Source of the DNA: Candidatus Bathyarchaeota archaeon
GTDB taxonomy: Archaea > Thermoproteota > Bathyarchaeia > Bathyarchaeales > Bathycorpusculaceae
DNA: 64,000 bases
Reading direction: 5' to 3'
Assembly: GCA_963772455.1 (NCBI GenBank)
Contig: CAVYXJ010000005.1
Coordinates: forward strand, 1-64,000
In this document: positions 21,620 through 32,400 of the stretch, piece by piece
How the letters are laid out: each line of letters opens with the position of its first letter
Position numbering within the stretch: position 1 is the first letter of the stretch
Made by a program: the position numbers and the translations under genes
The notes under the pieces: generated by a model
Databases searched by the model: none
Told to the model about the DNA's origin: nothing
Seen by the model: the letters and a program-made list of their open reading frames with translations, nothing else

Positions 21620-22796
21620 TAGCTTCTCGTCTCAGTCTTTCTCTTGCATCAGGCATAGCAGAAATTGTGCGCAGCCAATCTGGCAACTGAGTGCTCGTTG
21701 GATTTTCCAGATAACGTTTACCAGCACGCATAATTATCTCAGATAAGGCATCCACGCTAGTTTCCTCTTCGTGCCTGTCAAAGTTTAGAGAATTGCTGAG
21801 GGCATCGGCATTGTATTGCCTTATTCGATCTTGGGCAAAACGCCTATAGGTCACTTGGAGACTCAACAGAAAAGCCTCTGATACATCTATTCCTTCTGTT
21901 TCCGTTAAAACCCTGAGAAGAGTGATCAAAGCCTCATCTGCAGTTCTCAACAAAGCATTGTGACTCATTTCTTTATGTTTATGATCATAAAATCCAAGGT
22001 CCACTTCACAAATGCGTTTGTTCGACACATTTCTATAGAGTTCAGCTAGCGTTCCAATTTCCAGACCCCAGTCTCCTGGCATCCTCAAGTTCATAGCTAA
22101 GTCACTGTAAATAGCCATCTCGCCTGAGAGGGGGTATCTGAAGGAATGAAGATACCTGATGAACGTCGAACTATGATTAAGTTTTTTTTGCAGTGCATCC
22201 AACAAAGGGTTAATGAACAGTCTATATATGCGACCATACATTTTCTTATTCTCAAAATTGACCCGAGCATAGTACCCCTTGGAAAAGAAAAAATCCATTC
22301 GCGGCTCAATTACTGTATACAGAAGTTTGGTAGGCAGCATTCCAGAGTAAGAAACAATGTCCGCATCATGGACTGCGAAGGCATAGAGTTCGAGCGAAGC
22401 AATTCCCATTGCAATCCAAAGGTCTTTACCTTTGCCGTTAAATTTTGTGATGTCAAGCCCTTTCCCTTTTAACTCCTCGAGAACAGCGTTAACTTGAGGT
22501 TTATTACACCATATAATTTCACATGGAATTTCAAAATCAGAGGAAAGTCTTGCTGCTTTTTCATAATCCACGTCATCATTCGCAGAAAGGGCTATGAAGA
22601 TTTTCCGCAGATAATCGCACTCATTTAACCCTTTGACAATACTTTTCAGCCCAGGACTGCCTAGGTCATTTCTATGCAAGGGGATTATTATTCCCGAAGG
22701 ATATTTTTGGTTCAGCTCCTTCAACCGGGACTTTAAATTATCGAAATTCATGCTTAAATCGTGTATTCGGGTTATTCTTCCTTGTTCAAAATCCAT
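21609..22796 (-). CDS. gpgS: Glucosyl-3-phosphoglycerate synthase
   Basis: MDFEQGRITRIHD, GKGKDLW, HDADI, KGYYAR, YGRIYRLF, RYPLSGE, DWGLEIG, YDHKHK; overlaps the phosphatase gene. Confidence 0.85.
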   Translation of the reverse strand: MDFEQGRITRIHDLSMNFDNLKSRLKELNQKYPSGIIIPLHRNDLGSPGLKSIVKGLNECDYLRKIFIALSANDDVDYEKAARLSSDFEIPCEIIWCNKPQVNAVLEELKGKGLDITKFNGKGKDLWIAMGIASLELYAFAVHDADIVSYSGMLPTKLLYTVIEPRMDFFFSKGYYARVNFENKKMYGRIYRLFINPLLDALQKKLNHSSTFIRYLHSFRYPLSGEMAIYSDLAMNLRMPGDWGLEIGTLAELYRNVSNKRICEVDLGFYDHKHKEMSHNALLRTADEALITLLRVLTETEGIDVSEAFLLSLQVTYRRFAQDRIRQYNADALSNSLNFDRHEEETSVDALSEIIMRAGKRYLENPTSTQLPDWLRTISAMPDARERLRREAIEH

Positions 22797-22813
22797 TTTC
22801 TTTTCCCCTTAAC

Positions 22814-23188
22814 TCATTTTACATTATTTAGAGACAATTTTGCTTTTGAGGTTGAATTAATTGAAAAATCGTTATGTTCTTTTAGATCAAAAATTGATTC
22901 GTTTAGGGTTATAATAACTCCTATTTCTTGTATGAATGACGTTGGAATACGAATAGTAGGCGTCTTGAAGACTTTTTTCACTCCAATTTCTTTGGCTGCT
23001 ATTTTGGATACCTTCACCTGTAAATGGGTAACCTTCCATGTCATAGGATCAATATCAAGGCCAAAAACGTCGCCTATATGATTACCTAATTTTCCGATTA
23101 CGCTTTTACCTAAGAGTTCGTCCAAACCGACCAATTTATCATCAACAAAGAAAAACAAGAAACCAAAGTAAATATTTCTTTTGCACAA
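22814..23188 (-). CDS. PRC-barrel domain protein
   Basis: ELLGKSVIGKLGNHIGDVFGLDIDPMTWKVTHL...IPTSFIQEIGVII; true start probably internal. Confidence 0.8.
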   Translation of the reverse strand: MCKRNIYFGFLFFFVDDKLVGLDELLGKSVIGKLGNHIGDVFGLDIDPMTWKVTHLQVKVSKIAAKEIGVKKVFKTPTIRIPTSFIQEIGVIITLNESIFDLKEHNDFSINSTSKAKLSLNNVK

Positions 23189-23641
23189 AACTCGTTTTAG
23201 GTTGAAAGCCTCACTTCGCTAGAAAATAAGTTATAACTAGCGTGAAAAGTATTTGTTGGACAGCGTAAGCGAATATGTGACTTGGCACGCAAGTCGGTCT
23301 GTGATAATAGTTAGATGACAATGGCGCGCAGTTCCTTGTTAAATATAGTTGATGAATTTTCAACTCGGACGTTAACATTCAACGTCAAAACATTAAGGAC
23401 CCGCACCAGTGGGCGAGAGTTAGTTCTATTCCCATATATATAAAATCTTTCAGAAGTCGCTTCTTCAGTTTTTCTACTATTTTTCACATATGCTATTCTC
23501 TTAAATTATCTTGGTTTACAACCATAACTTTGATTGTTGCAATGCTTTCTCTTGCTGTGTTACTTAGGCATCGAAAACCTATTAAAATAGGCAAATAAAA
23601 AGGAGATTTGTGTTGGGGGTGACTTCACCAATAGTTACAGA

Positions 23642-23665
23642 GTTCAAATCCCACCCCCTGCACCA
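23642..23665 (+). repeat. Duplicated 3' end of tRNA-Leu (attR-like)
   Basis: 24/24 identity to 12313-12336. Confidence 0.92.
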
Positions 23666-24160
23666 CGCAGGAACACACTGCTTCTCGAGAGTTTCTTCTA
23701 AGCAGAACCACTCTAACAAGAGATACTATAGATAGACGAGTTAAAGCAATAAAATCAACTATTTCGCATGGTTGACTTCCAGGGATTCTCAATAAGGTGT
23801 CTATTCACTAAGTATTATCTGGTTCAACCATCATAGTGCCATAAAAAGTTGCACATTCACTTTCTTGTTCCAGTTTTCTCTATTCAGGTATTGCCCTACT
23901 ATGCAGATTTAACACTCATCTTTCAGCTAGTGTACGTGGCAAAAAGAAGCTCAAATCCACATTTTCCTGAAGCAGATTCAAGCTAAGAAAGATAGGAGAA
24001 AAAAATAAAAAAAAGCCCTCAAATTGTTGCTTGACAAAAAAGGGTGGAGAAAACCGTTTATTCAAAAAGTGAAACTGGAATAAAACGTTCCTTTTCCGAG
24101 AGCAAACTAAGCAACTGTCGAGCCCTTAAAGTCTTAGAGTTTGGCTTTTGTCCATGCGCG

Positions 24161-24806
24161 CTAATTCGCGGGTTTTGTTTTTCCTCTTAACAAGAAGACC
24201 AGTATCAAGCCAGCCAAAAATCCGCCTATGTGCGCCATGTAAGCCACGCCCCCTGTATCTGAGGTATCAAATAGGGAACCTATACCGCTAAACAGTTGTA
24301 AAACAAACCATAAACCAATTACTAACAACGCCGGAACGGGGATCACCCCTCGTCCTGATAGGATACTAACTCTCGCTTTCGGAAACAACAAAAGGTAGGC
24401 ACCGAGCACGCCTGCGATCGCTCCAGAAGCACCTAAGTTTGGAATATTTTGAACCTATACTAAAGACTAGTTGAGCCCCAGTTGCCGCTAGTCCGGAGAG
24501 TAAATAAAAAATTAAGAACTTGACGTGTCCAAAACGATCCTCGACATTGTCACCGAAAATCCACAAGTAAAGCATGTTGCCTCCAATGTGGAGAAGGCCG
24601 GCGTGCATGAACATGGATGTAAATAGTGTTGGGAAATCAGCAACTGGGTTAGCTATGAAGCGACTGGGAACAAACGCCCATTGCATTACAAAAGAATCGC
24701 CGCCATTTAGCTCTATAAGAAATAAGACTACATTTAACACAATTAAAATATACGTAATTATCGGTGTAATTCTTCGGGAGCTGTTATCATCACCGGTTGG
24801 AATCAT
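24161..24806 (-). CDS. Rhomboid intramembrane serine protease, frameshift near 24445
   Basis: TSMFMHAGLLHIGGNMLYLWIFGDNVED, GASGAI in the shifted frame, GGVAYMAHIGGF. Confidence 0.9.
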
Positions 24807-25311
24807 AGTTTTCTCCTTTTGAATTCTCAGTAGAATACAACAACGGTCAACTAATTACCGCCTTTGCAGCATTTTTAGGTTTTTTAGTATTTTCTGCGCA
24901 CTAGTATTGTTTCTATTTAGAGGAAGGCGGTAGAATAATAAAAGGGATCGTTGTGTGTATACTAAATTGCGTTGATAATATTTCCGATTAATCAATACTT
25001 ATCCTTCTATTACCTAGTTGATTTCAAAATGAATCTATCTGTAAAACCCGAGAAAATGTGATGGCACAAAATAATAACATCTTTTTTTAAGCTTTAATTA
25101 ATTATTTGTGAGATCTGATTAAAATAACATTAAACAAAAAAAAGTTAAATATTTTATCGTTGTTGGGTATCCATCTTGACGTTACTCGCGATTAAAGCAA
25201 GTAGTCACTGTTACTTTTGCCCTTTTTTCTCTTGTTCGAATTTACTGAGTCAATCAGGATTCAAGAAATCGGTGTTTCTGCATTTACACCTCTTCCGAAT
25301 TTGTTTTGATT

Positions 25312-25641
25312 TTAATTGGTTTTCAGTTGTTTTCTTATGATGAGAAAGAGCACTAAAATGAGTACTCCACCGGTTATGCCTGAAGTAATTCCTACAGTAT
25401 ACCAAGCCGCCCATGCAGGCATTGAAAGCTGTAGATATCTTAATGACCCAATGAGAATGAAGAGCGAAGCAGATCCCAAAAAAGAAGTTATCAACGCAAC
25501 CAAAACGCTAGTTACGATTCCATAAATTAGTATTTTTTTTATGCGCTTTTTAAGAGCATCTTCTGTATCACGCATATACTCTCGGAGCGCCAATTTTGCT
25601 TCATTTAACACTAAGTAAATTATCTCTTTTATAGATACCAT
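25312..25641 (-). CDS. Small two-TM membrane protein downstream of csbD
   Basis: Charged helix followed by two TM segments; GAGG RBS-like element. Confidence 0.65.
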   Translation of the reverse strand: MVSIKEIIYLVLNEAKLALREYMRDTEDALKKRIKKILIYGIVTSVLVALITSFLGSASLFILIGSLRYLQLSMPAWAAWYTVGITSGITGGVLILVLFLIIRKQLKTN

Positions 25642-25709
25642 ATCATACCTCTTTTTCTCAACTAATTTTTTGAAAGATAAAAAAGTTGGCTTATAGCATG
25701 TTATTAGGT

Positions 25710-25880
25710 CTAATCTTCAATTTTTCTCTTTGCTTTGCCTGCTTCTTCTTGGATTTTTCCTTTTACTTGTTCAGCTTTACCCTTGATTTGATCACTTTTG
25801 TGACCGGTCATTTTTCCTTCTTCTTCACGAATTTTGCCTTTAGTTTTTTCATATTTACCTTTAGCTTCATCTTTGCTCAT
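25710..25880 (-). CDS. CsbD-like general stress protein (56 aa, not in ORF track)
   Basis: MSKDEAKGKYEKTKGKIREEEGKMTGHKSDQIKGKAEQVKGKIQEEAGKAKRKIED matches the CsbD/YjbJ pattern; GAGG upstream. Confidence 0.88.
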   Translation of the reverse strand: MSKDEAKGKYEKTKGKIREEEGKMTGHKSDQIKGKAEQVKGKIQEEAGKAKRKIED

Positions 25881-25916
25881 TCAAAATCCTCAATAAACTC
25901 TTCCTTCACCGTTTTA

Positions 25917-25950
25917 TTAAACGTGTGTGACTGTGATCTCGCACCAACAA
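25917..25950 (-). promoter_or_regulatory. Motif copy A plus TATA-like box upstream of csbD
   Basis: Sense strand TTGTT-ggtgcgagatc-ACAGTCACA-cacgt-TTAATAAA. Confidence 0.75.
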
Positions 25951-25986
25951 ACATGCATTAAATTGTAAGAATACAAAATCACCTTT

Positions 25987-26220
25987 ATGAGTGCAAAAAA
26001 CTGGAAAGTAGCCAATATGAAAAAAGAGAAAATGGAACTTATATTCGTTGTGAAACATCCAAGAAAAAAATTATTTGCCTTTCTGGATGGTCATCATAGA
26101 TATTATGCTTACAAAGAGTTAGGTTTGAAATATATCAGCAGTGCTCAAGCGGGTGATTATTCAAAAGCGTCATTTTTTATTTTACAGAATACGGCTATTT
26201 CCAACCTAGTTCAGTGGTAA
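25987..26220 (+). pseudogene. ParB/Sulfiredoxin-like N-terminal domain remnant
   Basis: IFVVKHP...FAFLDGHHRYYAYKELG; short and apparently degraded. Confidence 0.55.
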
Positions 26221-26396
26221 CAGAAACATTAGAAAGTCGGCTAAGGAGTTTCACCAAAACCTCAAGATTTTCTAGATAAATTTTTGGTTGATTAGACCAT
26301 TAAATGATAAATGACTATGAGTTTCGCTCCCACAAGAATTTTTTTCATACCTTTACTCGACCATACATCGACTATTACCACGGTACACTTTTTGTT

Positions 26397-28574
26397 TTAT
26401 GCTGGTACATTTTCGGTTTTTTCTCGGATCCAATGACGATGTTGAGCGATTGCTGCTATGAAGGCTTCGTTGAATTCGCTGGTTGAACCCAATTGTGATG
26501 TGACAATACCTTTATCTGAAACCGTACCCTTGGTTTTCATGTCAACCAAATTAATGTTTTCTATGTTTGTCTCGGAAAGAAGTCTAATGGCTTCGCTTGT
26601 AGCTCCTATAGTTTTGCAATGTTTGAAGGCTTGGTTAATAAAATTAATGACATACCCATGTTTCTCAAGGTTGTCGACGTTTTTTTGTCCACCTGGGACA
26701 TAGACTGCATCGTAAAGGACAGAAGAAGCACTTATAAAGTGTCTATCTACGAGCGTTTGTTTTCCAGCTTCATCCTTGATTGTGCCAAGGTATTGGGATA
26801 CAATTTCTACTTTTGCACCCTGCGCTTCTAAAGCTGCTTTTGTGGCGGAGAAATCCTTTCCATTGAACCCATCCATAGCTAAAACTGCAACTTTTCGCGT
26901 TTTAACGCCCTTAACAGTATTAGCCATACTAAGAGCCTTTGATTCTTTTATTTGTGGGTTTTTTGTTGTAACGTGTGATTTGTTAGAGGGAGGGTTAACT
27001 CCGACGGCTTTAGCGATTTGAATAGCCAACTCTGGAGCTATGTTATCGAACATGTTAACAACTTTTTGGCGTGTTTCCTTACTTTTGAGTTTACCGATTT
27101 CAAATTGGAACGCTTTAATGATATGCTGTTTCTCGTGATCAGACATACTATTCCAGAACAACGTTGCCTGACTATAATGATCATCAAAGGTTTCACTTCG
27201 TTTTCTAATTGTTGTGCCGCTGACTTCTTGGGGATAGTGAACGTAGCTTTCTTTTTGATTTAGTTCAGGTTTAGGATAGTTGTTGTTGATGCTGTTGGGG
27301 TTGTAGGCTGTTTTGCCAATGTTTATGGTCATTCGGTGCATGCCATCTCTCTGGTTGTTGGCGACGGGAGAGAGGGTTTTGTTTATTGGGATTTCAGTGA
27401 AGTTTGGTCCACCTAGTCTAGTGAGTTGGGTATCTAAATATGAGAAGAGCCTACCCTGCAACAGAGGATCGTTACTAAAGTCTATACCTGGAACCACATT
27501 TGCGGGGCAGAAGGCAACTTGTTCAGTTTCGGCGAAAAAATTGTCTGGGTTACGATTAAGCACCATTTTACCAATGCGCTGTACGGGTATTAATTCTTCA
27601 GGCCACAGTTTGGTGGGATCAAGGACATCGAATTCGAATTTAAATTCATCTTCTTGGCAGATAATTTGGATTCCAAATTCCCATTCAGGATAATCACCTG
27701 CTTCGATAGCTTCCCAGAGGTCTCTGCGGTTAAAGTCTGAATCTTTGCCAGCTATTTGTTGCACCTCATCCCATACCAGTGAATGCATGCCTAGCAGTGG
27801 TTTCCAGTGGAACTTGACAAAGAAAGCTTTGCCCTCTTCGTTAACAAAGCGGTAAGTGTTGACGCCGAAGCCCTCCATCATGCGAAAACTACGGGGCAAT
27901 GCTCTATCGGACATCACCCACATTACCATGTGAGCAGTCTCCGGAGTGTTTACAACGAAGTCCCAGAATGTGTCATGCGCGGAGGCAGCCTGGGGAATCT
28001 CATTATCTTGCTCAGGTTTTACAGCATGAATGAGATCTGGGAATTTTATGGCGTCTTGTATGAAAAACACGGGAATGTTGTTGCCCACAAGGTCATAGAT
28101 GCCTTCTTCGGTGTAGAATTTGGTTGCAAAGCCACGGGCATCTCTGACAGTGTCTGAGGATCCACGTGAACCTGCAACTGTTGAAAACCTTACGAAAACC
28201 GGTGTTTTCTTGTTAGGGTCTGATAGAAACTTTGCCTTGGTGTATTGATTCATGGATTTGTATACTTGGAAGTAGCCATGAGCTCCTGAGCCTCTTGCGT
28301 GTACGACTCTTTCTGGGATGCGTTCGTGGTCAAAATGTGTGATTTTTTCTCTGAGATGAAAATCTTCAAGAAGAGTTGGACCGCGGGAACCGGCGCGCAG
28401 AGAATTGTCGGTGTCATTTATTTTTATGCCTAAATCCGTGGTTAGCGGCTTGTTTTTTGAATCTGCGCGAAAAGGCTCTACATTCTTCTCGATTGTTGGT
28501 TGATCTATTGTGTTAATTTTATTTTGGTTTTCTTTATCTGAGTTTTCTGTTTTCTTCAATGTATTCTCACTCAC
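26397..28574 (-). CDS. katE: Large-subunit heme catalase HPII with C-terminal DJ-1/GATase-like domain
   Basis: FDHERIPERVVHARG, RFSTVAGSRGS, DLVGNN, RLFSYLDTQ. Confidence 0.97.
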   Translation of the reverse strand: MSENTLKKTENSDKENQNKINTIDQPTIEKNVEPFRADSKNKPLTTDLGIKINDTDNSLRAGSRGPTLLEDFHLREKITHFDHERIPERVVHARGSGAHGYFQVYKSMNQYTKAKFLSDPNKKTPVFVRFSTVAGSRGSSDTVRDARGFATKFYTEEGIYDLVGNNIPVFFIQDAIKFPDLIHAVKPEQDNEIPQAASAHDTFWDFVVNTPETAHMVMWVMSDRALPRSFRMMEGFGVNTYRFVNEEGKAFFVKFHWKPLLGMHSLVWDEVQQIAGKDSDFNRRDLWEAIEAGDYPEWEFGIQIICQEDEFKFEFDVLDPTKLWPEELIPVQRIGKMVLNRNPDNFFAETEQVAFCPANVVPGIDFSNDPLLQGRLFSYLDTQLTRLGGPNFTEIPINKTLSPVANNQRDGMHRMTINIGKTAYNPNSINNNYPKPELNQKESYVHYPQEVSGTTIRKRSETFDDHYSQATLFWNSMSDHEKQHIIKAFQFEIGKLKSKETRQKVVNMFDNIAPELAIQIAKAVGVNPPSNKSHVTTKNPQIKESKALSMANTVKGVKTRKVAVLAMDGFNGKDFSATKAALEAQGAKVEIVSQYLGTIKDEAGKQTLVDRHFISASSVLYDAVYVPGGQKNVDNLEKHGYVINFINQAFKHCKTIGATSEAIRLLSETNIENINLVDMKTKGTVSDKGIVTSQLGSTSEFNEAFIAAIAQHRHWIREKTENVPA

Positions 28575-28730
28575 TAAATAATTAATTTACTTTAAGGAAA
28601 CCCACCGTGGCTAACTTGAAAGATGGAAACCTTTGAGAAGCAATATTGGCTCGTGTATTTCGGTCTCGTTTTAGCTTAACCTGACTTACGCCTTAAAGGT
28701 TAACCAAGATCTATACAATAACAATTGTCG

Positions 28731-28770
28731 TAATTTAAATAATCATGTGACTGTCTGACTGCTATAACAA
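28731..28770 (-). promoter_or_regulatory. Motif copy B plus TATA-like box upstream of katE
   Basis: Sense strand TTGTT-atagcagtcag-ACAGTCACA-tgatt-ATTTAAAT. Confidence 0.72.
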
Positions 28771-28848
28771 AAGTGCAAGCTCAGAAAGCATTTCGGGCTA
28801 ATTATCGAAGTTTGTAAATCTTTTTATTTGGCATTAACTATTTTTTAG

Positions 28849-29757
28849 TTGGTATGTTTTTTGAATCTTGGTAGTCACATATTTTTTGCAGGCGTAGTCA
28901 CAGCTGTCATTACGGGCAATCCCTACTTCACTCTCTTGGCTGGGGTAGGTAGCTTCATTCCCGATCTTGACCGAGAATACCTATTTGTTAGCCCAAAGGG
29001 TTTTCGCAAGGATCAGTATCATCGTGCACTTTTCCATAACCTTCTTTTTCTGTCTGGGTTATTTTTTGTGAATGTTTGGCTTGCTTTAGGCGCATTCCTG
29101 CACAGCTTCATAGATTCTTTTACCACTGACAAAGACAAGGGCGTAGAATGGCTTTTCCCTTTTTCCAGGCTGGTGAAAAGGGGTCGTTACACTTTAACGG
29201 CAAAATCAAAAGCCAGGTCATGCACACTGGAGTTGGTGGATCAGAATCCACCTGATCGGGTCTGCTTCTTAAACGAAGACTCTCCAGAGGCGACCAAGCT
29301 TTCTGATCCTGATTTGAAAGAATCAAGAGCTGTTCCTTGGCGCAGAACGTATGGACCTGTGTCGAACGGGCAATTATTTGATAGATGGATTTTTGTAGCA
29401 TCTTTTTCACTGTTAATTCTTTATGCTTTGGTTAACCCTGATTTTGCAACGGCTGGAAAAAACCTCATCTTGTCAACTCAAATAATTCCGCCTATGAGCC
29501 TACTTACGGGCATCGTGTTGGTTTTTCTTGGGGGTTGGCTAAAAAGGAACAAGAAATCGAAAAAAGGATACCGCATTCTCTTCGCTGCCGGAGGTGTATT
29601 CATGATTTTGTCGGCAGTGCTCTCAGTTGGCGGAATTTCGAGTTACAAATTGCCTTTACAACCTATTTTTGTTGCCATCGCCTGTGTAGTTTTGTTTATT
29701 GAAGCATTTTTCGTTTGGCGACTAAGTACCCGCGGTGGAAGAAAGGCGATGGTTTAG
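28849..29757 (+). CDS. Membrane-bound metal-dependent hydrolase (YdjM-like)
   Basis: GSH, GSFIPDLD, HRALFHNL, LHSFIDSFT...GVEWLFPF. Confidence 0.8.
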   Translation: MVCFLNLGSHIFFAGVVTAVITGNPYFTLLAGVGSFIPDLDREYLFVSPKGFRKDQYHRALFHNLLFLSGLFFVNVWLALGAFLHSFIDSFTTDKDKGVEWLFPFSRLVKRGRYTLTAKSKARSCTLELVDQNPPDRVCFLNEDSPEATKLSDPDLKESRAVPWRRTYGPVSNGQLFDRWIFVASFSLLILYALVNPDFATAGKNLILSTQIIPPMSLLTGIVLVFLGGWLKRNKKSKKGYRILFAAGGVFMILSAVLSVGGISSYKLPLQPIFVAIACVVLFIEAFFVWRLSTRGGRKAMV

Positions 29758-29760
29758 CGA

Positions 29761-30141
29761 TTAGATAATTTTTTTCTGGGTTAACTTTTCGTTTATGAGA
29801 ATAAGTAATTCGTCGGGTTTTACTGGTTTTACGATGTAGGCATCAATACCTAAATCGAGAGCTTTTGACCCTAAATCCAAGGATGGCAAACCTGTGATCA
29901 TTAACTTGACAGCGTTACTTTCATTGTCGCGTATCTTCTCAAGCAAGTCTGTCCCATCCATATCAGGAAGCCGAAAATCAATCAACAACACAGCGTAGGA
30001 ACGCTTACGAACTTTTTCCAATGCTTCCTTACCTGTTTCAGCCATTTCCACTTCATAACCATTTTTTGCAAGAAGTCGACTAAAGGTTCTAAGAATAGAT
30101 TTGTCGTCGTCAATGATTAAGACTATCTTGTTATCGCTCAA
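29761..30141 (-). CDS. Single-domain response regulator
   Basis: IIDDD, LIDFRLPDMDG, ITG, YIVKP. Confidence 0.93.
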   Translation of the reverse strand: MSDNKIVLIIDDDKSILRTFSRLLAKNGYEVEMAETGKEALEKVRKRSYAVLLIDFRLPDMDGTDLLEKIRDNESNAVKLMITGLPSLDLGSKALDLGIDAYIVKPVKPDELLILINEKLTQKKII

Positions 30142-30177
30142 AAGCTTCTATCCTTATTTCTATTTTCCATTTATTGT

Positions 30178-32394
30178 TTATTTATATTGCGGCAAACGTA
30201 CGGTAAAAGTTGTTCCTTTACCCTCTTGACTTTCAAAAGATACTGTTCCACCAAGTGATTCAGTCATTCGCTTAACTACAGGCAAACCAAACCCTTGACC
30301 TTTAGATTTAGTTGTGAACATTGGGGTAAACATCTTGCCTTGTATTTCTTTAGGTATGCCAACGCCTGTGTCCTTTACAGCTATCACTATATCGTTTGCT
30401 TCCTTATGCACCGTTATCGTTAGTTTGCCACCATTTGGCATTGCTTGCACAGCATTAGTCACCAAATTGTAAAAAATACGATTAAGGTAGTCAGGATCAG
30501 CCACAAGTTTTCTTGCTTCATCTTCGACCTCAACACTTACCTTAACGTTCTTCGGTAAACCGTTTTTTGTAACAACTTTTCGATGATCTGTTTTAAGTCA
30601 GCTTCTTCAGCATTAGGGTTAAGAGGTCTTGCGTAATCTTGTAGGTCTTGAACGATTTTGTTAATGTAGTCAATGTTCTTTTCAATTTCATTCAAGCTTT
30701 CAAGTATTGCTTCTTCTCTTCACCATCAGGCAGACGCAGCTAATTCTGACTTGGCTAAGTAGACGTCACCTGTTATAGCCTGCAGTGGATTACGAATGTC
30801 ATGTCCAACCATACCTGCAGTTGCGCCGATAGCGGCTAAACGCTCAGAATCTTGAAGTTGTTTTTCCAATTTTTTCCGTTCAGTAATATCCCTGAAAAGT
30901 GTCCCAACAACATTTTTGGAATAAAGGAAGTAGAAGCAGTCTAGCCACTTGTCAATATCCTTGTTATATAGCTCAACATGCTCTGATATTCCAGTTTTGG
31001 CAACTCTATCAGGAACCTCAAGCCAATGGAGTTCTTGGTTTGGAGAAATATATTTTGCAGTCTTGTCGAGAATGTCCTCTGCTTTAACACCTATGATTTT
31101 TTCGTAAGCATGGTTTACTTTCAAGAACTTATGGTCTATCGGTTTTCCGTTTTTATCGTATACCAACTCAATTAACTGGAAACCATCTTGGCTATTATCA
31201 AATACAGAGTGGTAGAGTTGCTCACTTTCTTTAAGTGCTTCTTCAGCTTTTTTGCGTTCAGTGATGTCTCTGAATATTAGCACCACGCCTGTGGTTTTGC
31301 CGTCTTGGTCTTTTATGGGTGCACCGCTGTCATCAATTGGAACTTCTCTATCGTCTTTTCGGATTAAGACAGTGTGGTTAGCTAAGCCAACAACCATGCC
31401 TTCTCTGAGAACTCGCTCTATAGGACTTTCAACCTCCAAACGAGATTGCTCATTGATAATGTTAAATACTGTCTTCACTGGTTTTGATAAAGTCTCATTT
31501 AGTAACCAACCCGTCAGCTTTTCAGCCTCACCATTCATAAATGCAATTTTGCCCGATGTGTCAGTGGCTATGACAGCGTCACCGATGCTTGCCAAAGTAG
31601 TTGCCCAACGCTGCTCACTCTCTCGAAGAGAGACTTGCACTTGCTCCAGGTCTGTTTTTGATGCAGTAACAGTTTTCAAATCGGCTGCCATTTTATTGAC
31701 AGATTTTGAAATATCCGCAACCTCATCATTCTTACCTGCTTCAAGAGTATAGTTAAGGTTCCCAGTTCCTATAACACCTATTCCGTTTTTGAGCTTGATA
31801 ATAGATCTAGCTGTTCTTCGATATGCAACAAGATAAATGGTAATGAAAAATGCCCCAAGTATGCTCAAAAGAGCGATTGTAAGAATCGTATTTGTTTGGA
31901 TAGCTTGGTTTGTTTGATCTCGTATATTTTGAGTTAACTGTTGAGAATCAAAAGCAAGGGCTTGTATTTGGACAGCCATCCTATTCCACTGCGTCTGAAA
32001 ACTGGGTAAAACACGAATATTCTCATTTCTCGGAAAACTAGAAAGAAAAGATGTAACCCCAGTAAACACTGTATTTAGATTTCCCAGATCCTTGCTTACT
32101 GTATTGATAAGTGCTTGTTGTTGGGGATCAGTAGAGTTTAATGATGCCTAGCTTATTGGAAAGTGTTGAAAACTTTGCATCCCACATAGTAGTGTACGAA
32201 TTGTCTTGGTAGAGGAAGTAATTGTTTGAGATATAATTTAGGTCGCTTGCTCCAGTTTGAATTTCATTTGTGAGAACACTTTGATTGTTCAACTCGTTTA
32301 TCTGTATCATCGTTACAGCTATTGATGACCCAATTATGATTGAAACGATGCTGAAAGTTATTATGCTGATTAAGAGTTGGGTCTTTATTCTCAT
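30178..32394 (-). CDS. Membrane sensor histidine kinase (TM-HAMP-PAS-PAS-HisKA-HATPase), several frameshifts
   Basis: HAMP NDEVADISKSVNKMA, PAS domains, H box GHDIRNPL, N/G boxes NAVQAM, DTGVGI, GQGFGL spread over three ORFs. Confidence 0.9.
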
Positions 32395-32400
32395 GTCTAT

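Larger units (their letters stand above)
12313..23665. mobile_element. Degenerate tRNA-Leu-anchored genomic island (attL/attR-like ends, no integrase seen)
   Basis: Exact 24-bp direct repeat GTTCAAATCCCACCCCCTGCACCA at 12313-12336 and 23642-23665; 13-bp copy at 17563-17575. Confidence 0.75.

Noticed and set aside
23276-23284. Fifth copy of the ACAGTCACA motif upstream of the PRC-barrel/gpgS genes
   Set aside because: Only AGTCACA matches; no TTGT at the right spacing and no TATA-like box after 5 nt
25686-25961. 91-aa Phe-rich + strand ORF
   Set aside because: Antisense shadow of the Lys/Glu-rich csbD gene
25987-26220. Plasmid partition system
   Set aside because: Only a short degraded ParB/Srx-like fragment; no parA or replication gene
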